Shown: positions 38,663 through 54,238 of the stretch, one piece after another
How the letters are laid out: the number at the start of each line of letters is the position of its first letter
Position numbering within the stretch: position 1 is the stretch's first letter
NCBI RefSeq assembly: GCF_006345805.1
Contig: NC_042999.1
Span: 81,592,001-81,656,000, forward strand
Reading direction: 5' to 3'
Origin: Octopus sinensis
Taxonomy: Eukaryota
Length of the DNA: 64,000 nucleotides
Made by a program: the position numbers and the translations under genes
Notes under the pieces: model-generated
What the model was told of the DNA's origin: nothing
The model's input: only the letters and a program-made list of their open reading frames with translations
Database searches by the model: none

Positions 38663-40293
38663 GGACATATTCATGTCTCATTGCTCTATGATTCGATCTG
38701 ACGATCGTGTCAAACAATTGACGAAAGAGGATAATTTAATATAATATATCACAACAATTTTGGGAAACGGATTTCGGACAGAAAGAAGAGTTAATGAAAA
38801 ATATATTGAGGGAATGAGGATAGTTGTGGGAGAAACCTAAACTATTCCAAAGTAAAAGAATTTTACTTCCGTCCGTCATGTCTAATTTTATTATAAATTA
38901 TGTTCAGAGGTGTGGAAATTAATTTAAACTATGAAGAGTTTACTCAATGTACAAATAAACAAAGAAGCCCAAGAAAGAAGAAAAAACAGATTTTCACAAA
39001 GTTAAAAGGATATTGTACCAAAGAAAGCTTTTTGAAATTGGGAAGAATTATAATGCATGAAGGTCATTCAAATATGTGTAAATATGCGAAACAACTGTGA
39101 AATATAGTTTTGAGAAGGCGATTACATCATAAATAAATTTGCTCGTCGTATTGATTATATGAACTGAAATGCAAATAGCAACTATGATATACAACCTTTA
39201 CACATTCTATAATAACATTACGAGTTGACAAAGCTATTTACACTTGAAGTTTTCAAATATAACATTGATTAGTCTCATCTACAAAAGCATATTTAGTTTT
39301 ACTAAACATATACGAAAAATATATCTGGACTATAATTGAGAATTCATATCTATTTCAAACAGGGTAAAAATAAGGGCAAAAATGTAGTTCTTTGGCATTT
39401 GAAGGCATAAATGTGTTTCGTCACTATTGATGAATTTTGATAAAATTACATCAAAGTCGAGAAAAGTAATAACAGCCGCCAAACTAATATAAAGTCTTCA
39501 AACTGAAAATTCTGTCAGATAGCAACACACAACCAGCCTGTGTGATATTCATAAGACAAACTATTACAAATAAATACGTTCTATCACGGGCTGCAATAAA
39601 AATATAAATAAAAAAGGAATTGAAATGCAATCAAGTATAAATGTTGCCCTCATGACGGATTAAACACGGAATATTTAACACTGCATGATATAACGGAGCC
39701 AATGATATGCAAAGTTTCATATTTTTAAAGCGATCCGTCATCAAAGGGATATATCCAACAAAAATCAATACTGCAAAAGGTTACTAAATTAAGCTAAAAA
39801 CAATTTAAATAAGTATATCTCTCCCATCTCTGACAGAAAGTTCGTTTCTATCCATGATTATTCCTCCGTTAAATTCTTGATTTCTTTCTTTCTATTATTC
39901 TTCCTGAACTGATAACAATTAGCACTGTTTCTTTTCTTCTCGCATTCTACTCCTTAGAACAATACGAATGAATTAAGATACTAATTAAGATACAGTATAT
40001 TAAGATACAGCTTATACGTTTTGATATACCGATCACTGTCTGTCGATAACAACTAAAATTTATTCCGCCTGCCGGCAAAATGCGGCATTGTTGAGATTTC
40101 AGTCCTTATTTAAATATATTTCCTAGCAGCTGATTATCGCTTAGTGAACAGTGCTACATATGAAGCTCAAAAATGTAGAAGTGCGTATTTAACAATGCTG
40201 CTAGCGCTACTGTGTAAAGTTCGCCTGCTGCTAATATATTTCAGTGTTTTTGATAAGAGGATGAGATTATCGAGTGACTATGAATAAGTGATG

Positions 40294-40718
40294 CTAAAGG
40301 TATGATGTGCATGCAATAATTTCAACCCTTCCTATCAATAACCACACCATTTTTGTTGTTCTTTTTCGAGATAAATTGACATCTGACTCTTCAAAGAAGA
40401 TTTGAATAGTAACTGGTAGCGAATTCTCTTGAAAATAGACAAAATTTGGCATCGTGTTGGTTTCAAGTACCTGTAGAAAAAGGGTTTAGCTCTCGAAGGC
40501 ATTGATATGGGAATGGCTGTTACATTTGGGGATGACTCACTAGCTTTATCAACAGTGCAAAATTGAGCAGCTGAATTTAGGAGTGTATTCTTGAAGATGG
40601 CCCAAGTTATGGATGCCTTGCAGCTGCCATCACCAAGGAAAACTTATGTTAATGGAGGATAGGCTATTGAGCATAATTCAAATAGTCAATACAAGTAGTA
40701 TATCCTGTGAGATATTCT
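40294..40718 (+). pseudogene. mariner transposase N-terminal remnant
   Basis: From 40435 reads (M)DKIWHRVGFKYL*KKGLALEGI...TFGDDSLALSTVQN*AAEFR, matching the mariner helix-turn-helix region (STVxxWAAEF); stops and frameshifts present. Confidence 0.75.
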
Positions 40719-41369
40719 TCTATTATTTTACTTGTTCCTGTCATTACACTGCAGCCATGCAGTTGAGAATAGTTGAGAAAATCCTATGAGCTTTCAAATC
40801 GAACCTCATAATATAGGTCGTGGGAGATGCTTTCACGGGATGAAAATACTAGTTTAGAAGGCACTCAACAGACTATATGCTTTAACTATGATATACAGAT
40901 CGGTAACATGTACTTACGTATATATGTCATCATTCAGTTTTATTTCAATATTTCTTGATAATAGAGTAAGAACCGCTTTCTAACCTACATCCAAGGCTCC
41001 TTCACTGGAATTTCAGCATCAGCAACTGAGTAGTTTTGTATGCAATATGTATGTATGTATGATTTTTCTTCGAGTTTTGATAAAGAGATTTTTGAAAGAG
41101 CTCAAGCTGATCGCTAAGAAAGCAACCAGCTTTTGAGTAGAGAGCGTTAATATGTGGTTAAGGTGGTGTGTTATTTCAATGTTCGATGTATGCACCTAAG
41201 TGTGTGCATCTATTCAAATAAGAGTTTCACATGAAGAAGTATTGAAATGTCTTACACATACATTTTAACAGTGCCGTTAACACACTGGATCTGGAAAATC
41301 TGCATCTTTTCTTTTTGCTCTTTATCCATGAAAACGAGTACTTCCAGATTTCAGAGCAAATTTTTATGC

Positions 41370-41402
<33 letters not shown>

Positions 41403-42594
41403 TGTATGTATGTATGTATGTATGTACGTATGTATGTATGTAGGAACCTAATTCGTGTTTCATAGAGTTATGCATAAGTATCCGCTGTTACTAAGTTCCC
41501 TTCGCCAGTCATGTGCTTGTGAGCATAGTACAGTCCTACTGAACGGAAAACTAATGTAGAAGTGATTACTACATTAAGCATTGATCCCTCAGTTCCTGCT
41601 CACCGAAGTATGACAGCAGAAAGTTCGGAACGCCCGTCTGCTATAAACACAAAAATACACACATACGTATATATACATACGCGTAGGCATCGTAAGGTAA
41701 GAGTGGTAAACTATAGTAAATTATATTTTCTATAGTGTAAAAATTGTCTTATATGCTACTCATCACGTAGGTTAATGTAAAAAAGTGCGTATATTAAATC
41801 AAAAGATGGCAATCTACTGTCAGTTTTGCCAAAACTTGAGCTGTTTGTCTTGGTTGTCACAAGCGTAACTGGAAGCAAAAGCCAAAGTTAATTGTCATAC
41901 TTTGAAGTAGTAAGAACGTTTGATGAGGGGTGAAACAAAAAAGTGCGTAGGGGGAGAAAAGAGGAATTTATATACTAAAAAGAAGATAGTCATATAGCAC
42001 TCTGATACGTTCATTGAAATGAGGGTAAGTTTTAATAACTGCCATTTCCTGGAATATTCATTTCATTGTGCAACAGAAAACAGGAAAACATGAATGTATT
42101 AAACATTTGGAGCAGATTACGATTGTAATGTATCTTTAAATAAATGTGACTTTTTCTGTATCTGAGAGCATTATAATCATTAAGAATACAGAACTAAGTA
42201 TAAAGATACTTTTCCTTGAAATTCATTAGCGTACAGTTTATATTTTGTCAATCGTTTAACAACTAAATGTGTCTTAATACTTCTGAAATGCCTATGCTGT
42301 CTCCTATCGTACATCTACTGTGCATGTATTTTGCATTTATTCTTTATCAATGTTTTGGTGTCATCAGAAGTGTAATGAACTGTATTACCCATTTTGCAAA
42401 TTAGAAGTCTGAGGACTTGTATGGTTGTATATGTATATATGTATATATTTATGTATAAATGCATGTACGTATGTGTGCATGCATATGTGAATGTATACAT
42501 ACATATGCATTTATGAATGTATATATATATATGTATGTATGTGTGTGTGTATGTTTATATATATTGACATATAAATATATACAAATATATATCT

Positions 42595-42637
<43 letters not shown>

Positions 42638-43211
42638 ATTGTATATATGCGTCTATCTATGTATATATCTAATTGTGCAAACATTTCTGATATTCTTTGT
42701 GAATGTGTGCGATATTGTTTCATTATTATATGAGAAAGAAGAGTATGTTACAAGAAGAATAACAAATAATATTTCCGGAATATGTTTCTTCTTTACTCGC
42801 TATTATAAAAATATCATACAGAAAACACACGTTTACTTTAATTTTTGTTTTCTATTGATATTTCCTCATGCATAAACGCATATAACATTTTCTCAATATC
42901 ATCCATAGCTCTCACATATGCTAGTTCTACTGCTTTTCTTACTCTTTCTTCGAGGCTCTTAATTTCACTTTCTGTTTTTCACACATACCTTTTTTGTTTC
43001 TTTTTTTTCTTTCACTGCGTGTTTTTTTGCCTCAATCACTCCATTACATTCGATCATTAATTTCAGCATGTTTGAAAACACAAAACAAATCTAAACAAAT
43101 AATTAGATGACTAAACCCTACTTTATATTCGTTTCAAATATTGACACGAACCAGAAAAGTATTATGAAGAGAAAAACGTATTATTTGGTAACTTACTTCA
43201 TATATATATAT

Positions 43212-43245
<34 letters not shown>

Positions 43246-43452
43246 ATATATCTTTATATATATTATATATACAGAGAGTGAGAGAGAGAGATATATATGC
43301 ATATGTTCGTACATATACGTATATATATGTATAAACATGTGTATTTATATATACATATACACATACATATATATAAATATTTATAGAAACACACACACAT
43401 ATATATATATGCACACATGCATGCATACATGCATGTATATATTTATATATAC

Positions 43453-43483
<31 letters not shown>

Positions 43484-43936
43484 GCGCATATGTACATGTA
43501 CACATGCACGTATATGTTATTGATGTATAGATTTGTTTTGGATTTTTCATAAAGTCTTTGTCCTGTGTTGCCGTTGTTGTCGTCACAACTGGTTTTTCTG
43601 ACCACATTTATTGTTTTTCTTTCCATTTTGATCTCCGAGATTATTTTTTCAGGAACATGAATATGCATATTTATGATGAATGACATGCCTCGTCACGAAT
43701 CTTCTACCTCTGTGTCTATATTTATGTATTCTAATAGATTTAACTCCCATTTTTCTCTTTATGTTATATTTCTGTCTTTACTTTCCTCATTTCTCCCCTC
43801 TCGTTTTCCAGTATACGCATATGTGCTATATGCTTATTTGTATATATTAATATGCACCTCACTTACATGAGCTTATATATCTGCTCATATTCGCACATAT
43901 ATGCAATATATAGACCTATGTACTAACAGTTATGAC

Positions 43937-43967
<31 letters not shown>

Positions 43968-44312
43968 CATACATATAAATATATACATATATATATATAT
44001 ATATACATACATATAAATATATACATATATATATATACACATACATATAAATATATACATACATATACATAAATATTACATATACATACGTATGTATATA
44101 TGTATATACAGATATATGCACATATGTAAGGATGTAGATTTTAAGGGATGTATAAATGTGATGAAAAACAGCATTGTAGGAATAGCAACAAGAGAAATGA
44201 ACAAATAAAACATAAGAAATATAAGTTGAAATAGCGGAAGCAAAATAACCCACGCAGGAATTGTGCATGTATATGCATATACATATGTACGTACGTATAC
44301 ACACACACACAC

Positions 44313-44443
<131 letters not shown>

Positions 44444-44819
44444 ACGTATCTGTACATACATATAAATACATATACATATATATACACATGCATTTATACG
44501 TATATATATATATATATATATGAATTTATATTTATATATATGTACATATTTACACACACATACATGTGTGTATCTGTGAGTGTGTGCTGTTTGAGGTGTG
44601 TGCTGTGTCAGTGTGTGCGTGCTTATGTGTATGTGTATATATAAATATAAATATAGTTATATGTATATAGTTATCTATTTATATGTACTTAGGTATATAT
44701 AAATAAGTTTGCATATATGTATGTATGTATCTATCTATACGTATGTATATATATATATAAATATATACTGATCTATATATACATATATAAATATATGTAT
44801 GTATGTATATATAAATATA

Positions 44820-44863
<44 letters not shown>

Positions 44864-44892
44864 TATGAATATTTATCTATCTATATATATAT

Positions 44893-44991
<99 letters not shown>

Positions 44992-46994
44992 TATATTATG
45001 AATGTGTGTATATATTCTTCCATTCCTACTCTTCTAATTTTTTTGTTTTCCTTTGTCTTTTATACTCAGTGTTTTTGTTCGCATATTCATGTACTTGATT
45101 TGTGTTTGTTGTATTCTTTCATCACACATATTTTCCTGACCGAAAGCTGTGTACTAAAGGATAAATCTATAAGTCGCTTTTAACAAATATAACAGCATGT
45201 GATGTTCTTATGCATGTTTTTGTCGCTTTTACTTTGTGTGTTGTATGAATGCTTTCACAATGTATCAACATCACAAGATCCAATCGTGACACATTGTTCA
45301 TCACTAAAGGGGAGCAACGTGTCTTTTGTATGGTGTTTTGTGTAAATTCGTGTCTGCAGTTTATATTCTACTTTTATGTAGCTTTGCTCTTCTTTTTTTC
45401 AAAATTCGGGTGATTTTCTGTGCTTATTATATATACATATTTATGTATAGGCATATATTTGTCTTTCGTGTTTATAAAATTGCCTCCATTATTTTCTTGT
45501 TATTTCTTATTGGTTATATTTATATTTCATATTTCTTTTCAATTCAATGTTGTCGAATTTTCTCTGTTAGCATTACAACGTTATAATATCTTCGGAATCA
45601 CATGTTCTGCGCATATTTAAATCATTCTTAATGGTTTTAATAATAAAAAAAAGCTAAGTAAACTCGTAGAAAAAGTATAATAAATCATTTAAAATATAGC
45701 GTAATAAAGCGCAGTACTTCCCACACATAATCGGTTATTACGTACGATTTTTACGATCAATTACAATGTCTGTATGTATAAATATATACAAAACCGCTCA
45801 CACATTCATATATATATATATATATATATATATGCACGCGCGTGTGTGTGTGTGTGTGCCTGTATGTTTGTTTATCATAGCTGTGGTTTCCTTGCAAATA
45901 TTGCTTCATATCATGTAGCACATTCTCCCTAATTGCTTTGGTGTCTATGCATTCAATATCAGGTATAAGACATAGGAGCACTCTTGCCTTACAAATTTGA
46001 TGAAGTTATATAGACCGCTTACTCAAGAACATTTTCATTGAGGGTTTCAGAAAACTGGACCCTACCCGCTCGCACGTATATAGATATACGAACACTGTCA
46101 TGGACACACATACACAGAACATAAATATTATATACACTTATACATGTAAATTAGCTTTCATACATGTTATACATTTAATACACCTAAGACAAATGAATTT
46201 ATTGAACTTTTACAGAAACTAAATTTCGTAGTATTTCAAAAAGTTTTTTCTAACAATCTGTAGCATCCTACTGTGGTTTAAAATACATCTCGCTGAACAT
46301 TCTTAGTATATAAAAGACAACAGTTTATTCTGCATTGCTGAACATAATTCCATGTAATTACTTTTTTCCATGTGAATACACAATTCATTTTATGTACACA
46401 AGAACTGAGTAACGTATATCCAACTGCTATGTCGCATACACGTTGGATATACATGATCTTATTGTCACTTAATCCAACATGTATATATTTCACTTAGTCA
46501 ATGAAATCAATAAATAATGTATATCAGTGATAATTACTTTATTTCCCCATATTGATTCCTTAAACTTACATAATATTTAATGTTTCGAAGTGCTCTGACA
46601 TTGTTCATTTTTAGAAGTTACTCTAGCTTTTCTGAATATAGGACAGGCCTCTTTATTACTGACTTCTATTAGTAATTTGAAATAATATTGTGAGCTATTA
46701 TGAAGTATTCCTAAAATTTCCAATTATTGGAAATGATTTGATTGTAGCATCTTTACTTTATATTGTTTTCCTTGTAGGAAGTGTATAATATTCTGCTATG
46801 TTTTCGAAAATATACATATTTTCTGCAATCCAAGAAATCTAAATATTTGTGCTAAACTATTGTAAATTACATTTTTCTTCTTGAAATGAGTGATCCTAAA
46901 TCCAACTAAGATTTTACTGTGAACAGGTATCATCAGAAACATTTCAACCAAAAGAATCTCATCCTATTTTGTATTTTAAAACCGTAGCTCGGAG

Positions 46995-47640
46995 TACATG
47001 TGTAAACGAATGGCCGGATGGATTGTGACAAAGTACAGAAAAAAGGGATCAAGAAAACTATGCTGGTCTATGGTGGACATTGGACTCAGACATCTGGACT
47101 ACTGTTCAGAACTGAGGTCATCCCCACGGTCAAATTAATAGCAAAACTTGAGGAGGTTCAGCTGTGCTACACCAGGAAAATAGCATCAATGTAACAGATG
47201 AGCTACTGGTGGAAAGAGAGGAGAGGAGACAGTGATATTCGCATGGAATATCCTGGAGGAGTTGGCACCAAACTTTGGCATCAAGGACTTTACTAATCTA
47301 AGAGCAGAACGTCATTGCAATGTTCCAAACGTTCCAGTTATGCCGTCTAAATTGAGGACTATGTACTACTGTAGCTTGGGATTAAAAATCACACAGCTAT
47401 ATAATGCTTTTCAAAATATCTGAGGGATCTTCATGGAGTAGGGGGTAGATGTTTACCAGGAAAAATGTGATCACCTGCTTTTTAAGATCTCAGATGACCA
47501 GATATCAAGTCAAAAGAGTGCAGTTGTGTAGAACTCCGTCTTTCACCAAACACCAATCGCATAGCAATAACCACTGAAAAGGTGATCATACTTGCAGTGC
47601 TCCAGCATAGCTGCAGCCTTTGGGCTCGAACAGATAAAAA
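46995..47640 (+). pseudogene. decayed CR1/L2-group LINE 3' fragment
   Basis: MAGW...LDYCSEL...AKLEEVQ...MSYW / IFAWNILEELAPNFGI...RHCNVPNVPVMPSK parallels the C-terminus of 12308-13772. Ends GCAGTGCTCCAGCATAGCTGCAGC...GATAAAAAAAAA. Confidence 0.8.
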
Positions 47641-47710
47641 AAAATATAAGATATATATATATGTGTGTATATGTATGTATATATATATATATGTATATAT
47701 TATAAAATAT

Positions 47711-47768
<58 letters not shown>

Positions 47769-47916
47769 TATATATATATATATTATATATATATATATAT
47801 ACATACATACATATACACACATATATATATATCTTATATTTTTTTTTATCTGTTCGAGCCCAAAGGCTGCAGCTATGCTGGAGCACTGCAAGTATGATCA
47901 CCTTTTCAGTGGTTAT
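47567..47916. repeat. near-perfect palindrome centred on (TA)n
   Basis: ATAACCACTGAAAAGG...GAACAGATAAAA / TTTTATCTGTTC...CCTTTTCAGTGGTTAT; no differences seen in the unique arm sequence. Confidence 0.95.
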
Positions 47917-48172
47917 AACGCTCAGGAATAGAAAAAGTCTTTTAAGTTTCGAGCCTACGCTCTTCTACAGAAAGGGACACAGAAAAAGCAAGGAGATAGA
48001 AATAAAGTAATGACAATAATTGCAGCAGTTTTACCTAAAGTTCAAAAGCTTTTAAACGTCGTGGTGTATTGCAAGGATTTCTCATCAAGAGTAGAGTCCA
48101 CTGTGATCCGTGAGTAGGAGAGGTGCAGCCGGAGGGTAAGTATCCAATGAATCCGTAAATGGTAGAGAAAGA

Positions 48173-48243
<71 letters not shown>

Positions 48244-48503
48244 TCTTTCTCTACCATTTACGGATTCATTTGGATACTTACCCTCCGGCTGCACCTCTCC
48301 TACACACGGATCACAGTGGACTCTACTCTTGATGAGAAATCCTTGCAATACACCACGACGTTTAAAAGCTTTTGAACTTTAGGTAAAACTGCTGCAATTA
48401 TTGTCATTACTTTATTTCTATCTCCTTGCTTTTTCTGTGTCCCTTTCTGTAGAAGAGCGTAGGCTCGAAACTTAAAAGACTTTTTCTATTCCTGAGCGTT
48501 ATA
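47914..48503. repeat. second near-perfect palindrome centred on (TA)n
   Basis: 47914-48172 is the reverse complement of 48243-48503 except for one substitution and one A indel. Confidence 0.95.
48443..48478 (+). ncRNA. degenerate minimal hammerhead motif (family 4); inverted copy at 47939-47974
   Basis: CTTT-CTGTAGA-A-GAGC[GTAG]GCTC-GAA-ACTT-A-AAAG. Stems I and II pair, but the core deviates from CTGAnGA and stem III is not palindromic. Confidence 0.5.
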
Positions 48504-48565
48504 CTAATACATATGTTTGTTTTGTACACCACCTGTCCTCGTTTTTTGTTATTTTCGTAAACCCT

Positions 48566-48605
<40 letters not shown>

Positions 48606-49209
48606 GGTATGTGAATTGCACGTGGTTGAATATACCAGGAAAGGAATAAGAGGAAAAACGGAACATTTAAGCCAGAATTAAATTATAAACCCATAATTCT
48701 ATTACGTATAAGAAGTAGAAATGATATAAATATATTTTGGGGTTGATGTTACTGTAGCCTGTAGCTCCAGAAAGACATCTCCTCCAACTGGATATTGCCA
48801 CACTATCTGTGCCCTATCAGTATTTGCAAAGGGAAGATATCGTTCCCATTTCCAGCCTGAGTTGATACACAGCCTGAGGTGATACACTGAGTTTCCGGGT
48901 ATTGATCCGTTACCAGCGTGTAACAACCACTGGTTGGCGATGGGAAATCATTATCTCTCTTTTTTTCTCTCTCTCTCTCTCTTATATATATAATATATAT
49001 ATATATCTATATATATATTTGAGTAGTTGAATGAATTACCTTATTAAGGATAATTCGAAAGATAACCGATACCTGGGTAGCAAATTCACATCAGAAAGAA
49101 CACGGTTGAACACGTCCCTAGGGCATAGACTACGTGCTTTCGTGCGGACATTTGTAAGTTTATTTTAAAAACATAAGTTTATAAACTTATATTCTTTCAT
49201 AAACTTATA

Positions 49210-49240
<31 letters not shown>

Positions 49241-50103
49241 AAATTTTTCCAGTGACGAAATGTCACTGATCTCAAGAGATTGGAAACAAGCAATAATAAA
49301 TCTCTGAGTGAGGTATAAACAGGAGCTGCACGACATTGTGAAGTATATTTGCCAAGAAGTTGTATTATCTTTCAACAAATCTATTCATATATAATGTTCT
49401 ATTGCAATTCGATCATCTTGGAATCCTATGTTAAAATGCATCATGTACAAAGCTGAAAACGAAGGAACTATAGACTGAAACCATTTGTTTAGTGTAAATC
49501 GAATTTGAACTATTAGCATATCTTTCACTATTTCTTCTTAAATTCAGAAATATATATTTGCTGGTTACTTAGAATTTAGGAAGTTCATTTTAAAATTATA
49601 GATCTGTGCTTGCATTTATAGCGCATCCAAATTCTTCATTCTGACTTCAAACCTTGTCTAGAGAAATCTTACTGTTTTCAAAAATTAAAGTATATTATTT
49701 CCACTTCTTGTACGTAATATAATTATGGTTATTGTTTAATAGAAAATACATGTTTGTGTGTGTATGCACACTCACACACACACACTTTATATATATATAT
49801 ATATATACATGTATGTATGTATCGCTCTCTCTCCCTACGTATACATGTATACAACAGTCATATATATATATTTCTATCGCTCTGTATACACAGACCTGCA
49901 AACATACGCATACACCTCACACACATGCGAGCACATTCACACACACACCCATTCACATACATACACATATATACGTCTAAAAACATAAACTAACATCAAG
50001 CAATGAGAAATAGTGCAAAACACCATATTGGTGGATATATATTTTCTAGTTGTTGTTTAACAAGGCTACCGATAGTTTCATGCAGTTAGAAATCTCTCAA
50101 CAA

Positions 50104-50517
50104 TTATTGAAGTAAAAACTGTTACTTTTGCATACAGGGGAAGAATGATCACTCTCTATTGTTTAAAATGTTCACTGTTCATATTATGACCATTTAGTTT
50201 ACCGGTGATACAGAGCTCATATTTTTGGACTGTACCCTTGTATTTCCTAAAATTATTTAAAATGTTTCAGTTTAAACAGGTGTCACTCACTACTCTCTCT
50301 CTCTCTCTCTATGTGTCCATAGCATATTGGAAAAGGTGTATGTCCTTTGGTCTTATCTCTGAACGAAGCCAGATGCTGCGTATGTCTCTCTTGAAGGTAT
50401 TTCCCGATATTCCTATGCAGATTTTTGTTTTTCCGTTCAAGTACTTAACATCGACTTTCGACACTAATTCTTTTTCGAGACGTCTATTGTCCAATGGACA
50501 GCAGTCCGGAAATATAC
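50104..50517 (-). pseudogene. Penelope-like GIY-YIG endonuclease remnant
   Basis: CCPLDNRRLEKELVSKVDV...KICIGISGNTFKR / HTQHLASFRDK / (GA)n insertion / ILNNFRKYKGTVQKYELCITGKL / LNNRE*SFFPCMQK*QFLLQ*, fitting CPL..CL...VY...YIG...FKxR..H..SF...CxLC..EK...LN...CxH. Confidence 0.72.
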
Positions 50518-50865
50518 CAAGAGAAAACACGGTGAGGTTCCATTAACAGAGTCAATGACTTCGAAACCGAAATGTGTTGACTATAAAAATACAAAATTTG
50601 TAGTATATGAAGCCAGCAATTTAAAAATGTGAATGAGATCGCTATCTTTGTGTGCTGGCGTAAATGTTCAATCTAGATACGATCGAGATACGATATGTAG
50701 ATGTCCAAATTGACGCATTAGAGAAATCCAGTTGGTACTTTCCATATACCTGGAAATAGCTCAGCAGGTAAACTAGGGTTTTACAACCAGCTTTTCGACG
50801 AGTTTGCAACACACAATCCAACAAAATAACGTTTCTGTTAATCATTGGCATAAAAGAGTGAACCA

Positions 50866-51320
<455 letters not shown>

Positions 51321-54146
51321 CACCTAAAGAAAACCGGCTTCTGTCAAAGCAACTTTCTTCACTGCTGTTTGTATCCAGTGTGTTGTTGTTGGCAAATGTT
51401 CCTTCTGTCAGTTTGCTCCACCCACTTTTTGGCTGGTATAAATTTCTCTCTTTTATATTTACATTTTTGTATATTATATATTATCATTTTTTTTCTTCCC
51501 CTCATATATTTCATGATGATGGACTTTGACGTTGTTGAACAATCAATCCCAACTAGTCAGGATTAATAGCATGGATTGTACTCTTGATCCTTTTGATCAC
51601 TGAAATCAAAACGTTAGTTACATAACCCCCGTTCGGGTGAATTTTTTGAGTTAAAGTTCACCCTCGCACTTTAATCCGTCACTGAGTTGCTCATTCTCAG
51701 CTGAGAGAACTGAAACAATGGGAAATGAAGTGATCTGTTCATGAACACAAAACAGCAGGTTTGACGATCGAAACCACAATCTAGTGATCATAAGTGCAAA
51801 TCCTCAAATGCTAAGTTATGCACCTTCACTTTATTGGATACCTGTTGACTCTCCACTCTATGAAGAGTTTTGTTTTTGTCACGCATGATGCTCATTAAAT
51901 CACCCTTCTCAATAGAAGGCTTCATAGTTTTATTGGTTTAGTCGCCGATGACCCGACTATATGAGAGGTTGTACTATGTTACATGTTACAGGTAGCGCTT
52001 CACAGCATAATCTTTTATCACTTTATCCAATCAGGTCCCAAGCGAAGAGAATAATGTCTCGGCTGTCATTATTTTGTTTTATAGTATTTTAGTTGGGAAC
52101 CTTCAATTGCTACAGTTGGTGGTGATGAAGCCACTACTGAGGGTGACCTTTCATATGTTGTTTGTCTCGGGTCTATTTGTAGTGATGTTTCTGCTGTTGC
52201 TACAACCGTTGCTGCTCATGTTACCGCTACGTTCGCGGCTGCCGGTTTTAGTTTTGCTGTTGCTGTCATTGTTGCTGCATTGACCGCGTTCTGTCATTGG
52301 CTAAGGCGTTGTTTATACTGTTGACATTGATGTTGATGTGATTATGGTGTCATCAGAATTGCAGACCTATCTTTCCTCTTGTGCTGTGGACAAAGCCTTA
52401 AGAAATTGTGTGTCAATGCATAAGTGACAACTTGATTTCCTGCTCTCAGTAGCCACGTAGAAATTATCCCGCCTGGCATATTATTTGAAGGCACTTTGTA
52501 TTTGCTGCTATGTTTCTAGTTTTATTTTCAGGTTTTGAATTCATATAGTTTTATAAGTTGCAGTTGTCAGACTGGATTCTCAACGGATGGATTCTGGAAT
52601 ATTCCATTATATATTGCAGCAGTTCTCGTGAAAATATCTGGCAACGTATACCAATAAGCAGTATATGACTACAACCTGGCCTCAATAATTTGAATATTCC
52701 TCGCAAAACTGGAAAATAACTTAAGTAAACAAACCAAGTAAAATAACAGAGGACTGACAGACAAACTCAAGGATATTGAAAAGCATAGCAATTACTTCTG
52801 ATGAAACTATTAATCGGAAGCAAATAAATAAAACTATCAAAATGAAAGTACCTTGAAAACAACATGTGTATGTAGAAGAACAGAAGTTCGCATTCTCGTG
52901 CACAAGAGAGCAAGAATCTTAAGACATACTCTTGAGATAGATTTGAGAAGACTTGTCGTTACCAAGCCACTAGATATGAATCCAGCTAATAACTATAGCA
53001 TGAGATTATAATACATTGACAAAAACGACAATAAATGACATCAACAACAAAACTTAAAATAATAACAATAATAATAATAATAATAATAACAGTAATGATG
53101 ATCATGATGGTGATGATAATGATGTTAACAAATGAAATGTTGACGTCAGGACATCGAGTTCTGTGGTGGTAGAAGTCAAGTATGTCAACATCATGCTCAA
53201 CATATTTTATGGAAACCGATATGAAGCAGAGCAAAGCCAAATTTGATTTAATATACACTGAGAACGTGAAGGTTCGGAAGAAATGCTGCGATGCATTGTG
53301 TCCAACTCGCTAATGATTCAGCCAGCATAATATTAATAGCTGTTTCAATTAGGGGCACAATGCCTGAAATTTGGGGGTGGGGTCGTTAATTACACGAAAA
53401 TCGGTATATCACTGGTAATTTGCTTTATCGAAACCGAAATGATGAAAGATATTCTTAACTCTGAACGTAAATAGCCAGAATCAGTATCAGTGAGCGTTTT
53501 CTACCACATCTAACATATCCAATGCTAATGCGTTTGATATATATGTATATGAAAAGAAATTTCATTTGTTTAACGTATTACGCAAAAAGATCAGTTATTC
53601 ATTGACATTGCTTTATGTTATTCATTCATGATTACATGAACTCATATTTTATTCATCTTCTAATGAGATAGATCCTAATTTGAAAGTTATCCGTGTGCTA
53701 TTTGTAACTGATTGAGCATTATTCGTGGATTCTTCGGGGAATTTTAACTAGATGAAATATGTTCCTGCTTTCAAAGTGCATTTGATGTTATTTATTTAAA
53801 CCTCTTACTATAAATATAATAAACAAATAATGGAGAGAATTTTAATTTCATAACACCGTTTCTGTTATTCTTGTTACATCTATGTGTCATGTAATAAATT
53901 TCTTTTATCTATGTGCACAATGACCAAGAGCAGTTCACATAACAAAGGAATTTCAATGAACATTCTCTAAATACACATCCAAATAACTGTTCTTGGCAAG
54001 ATAAAATTGGAACGCTTTATTAAATATCAACATCCAATTATGAGTTTCGATATGTGTGTGTAGCCGCATGCATGAGTGGGCATAGTTATATGCATGTCTA
54101 TATATCTACATAATTATCTAGCTATATATGTTTATATATGAATATA

Positions 54147-54238
<92 letters not shown>

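Noticed and set aside
52085-52325. Open Ala/Val/Thr-rich frame resembling a membrane protein tail
   Set aside because: A degenerate GNT/GCT triplet repeat produces such frames by construction; there is no independent support.
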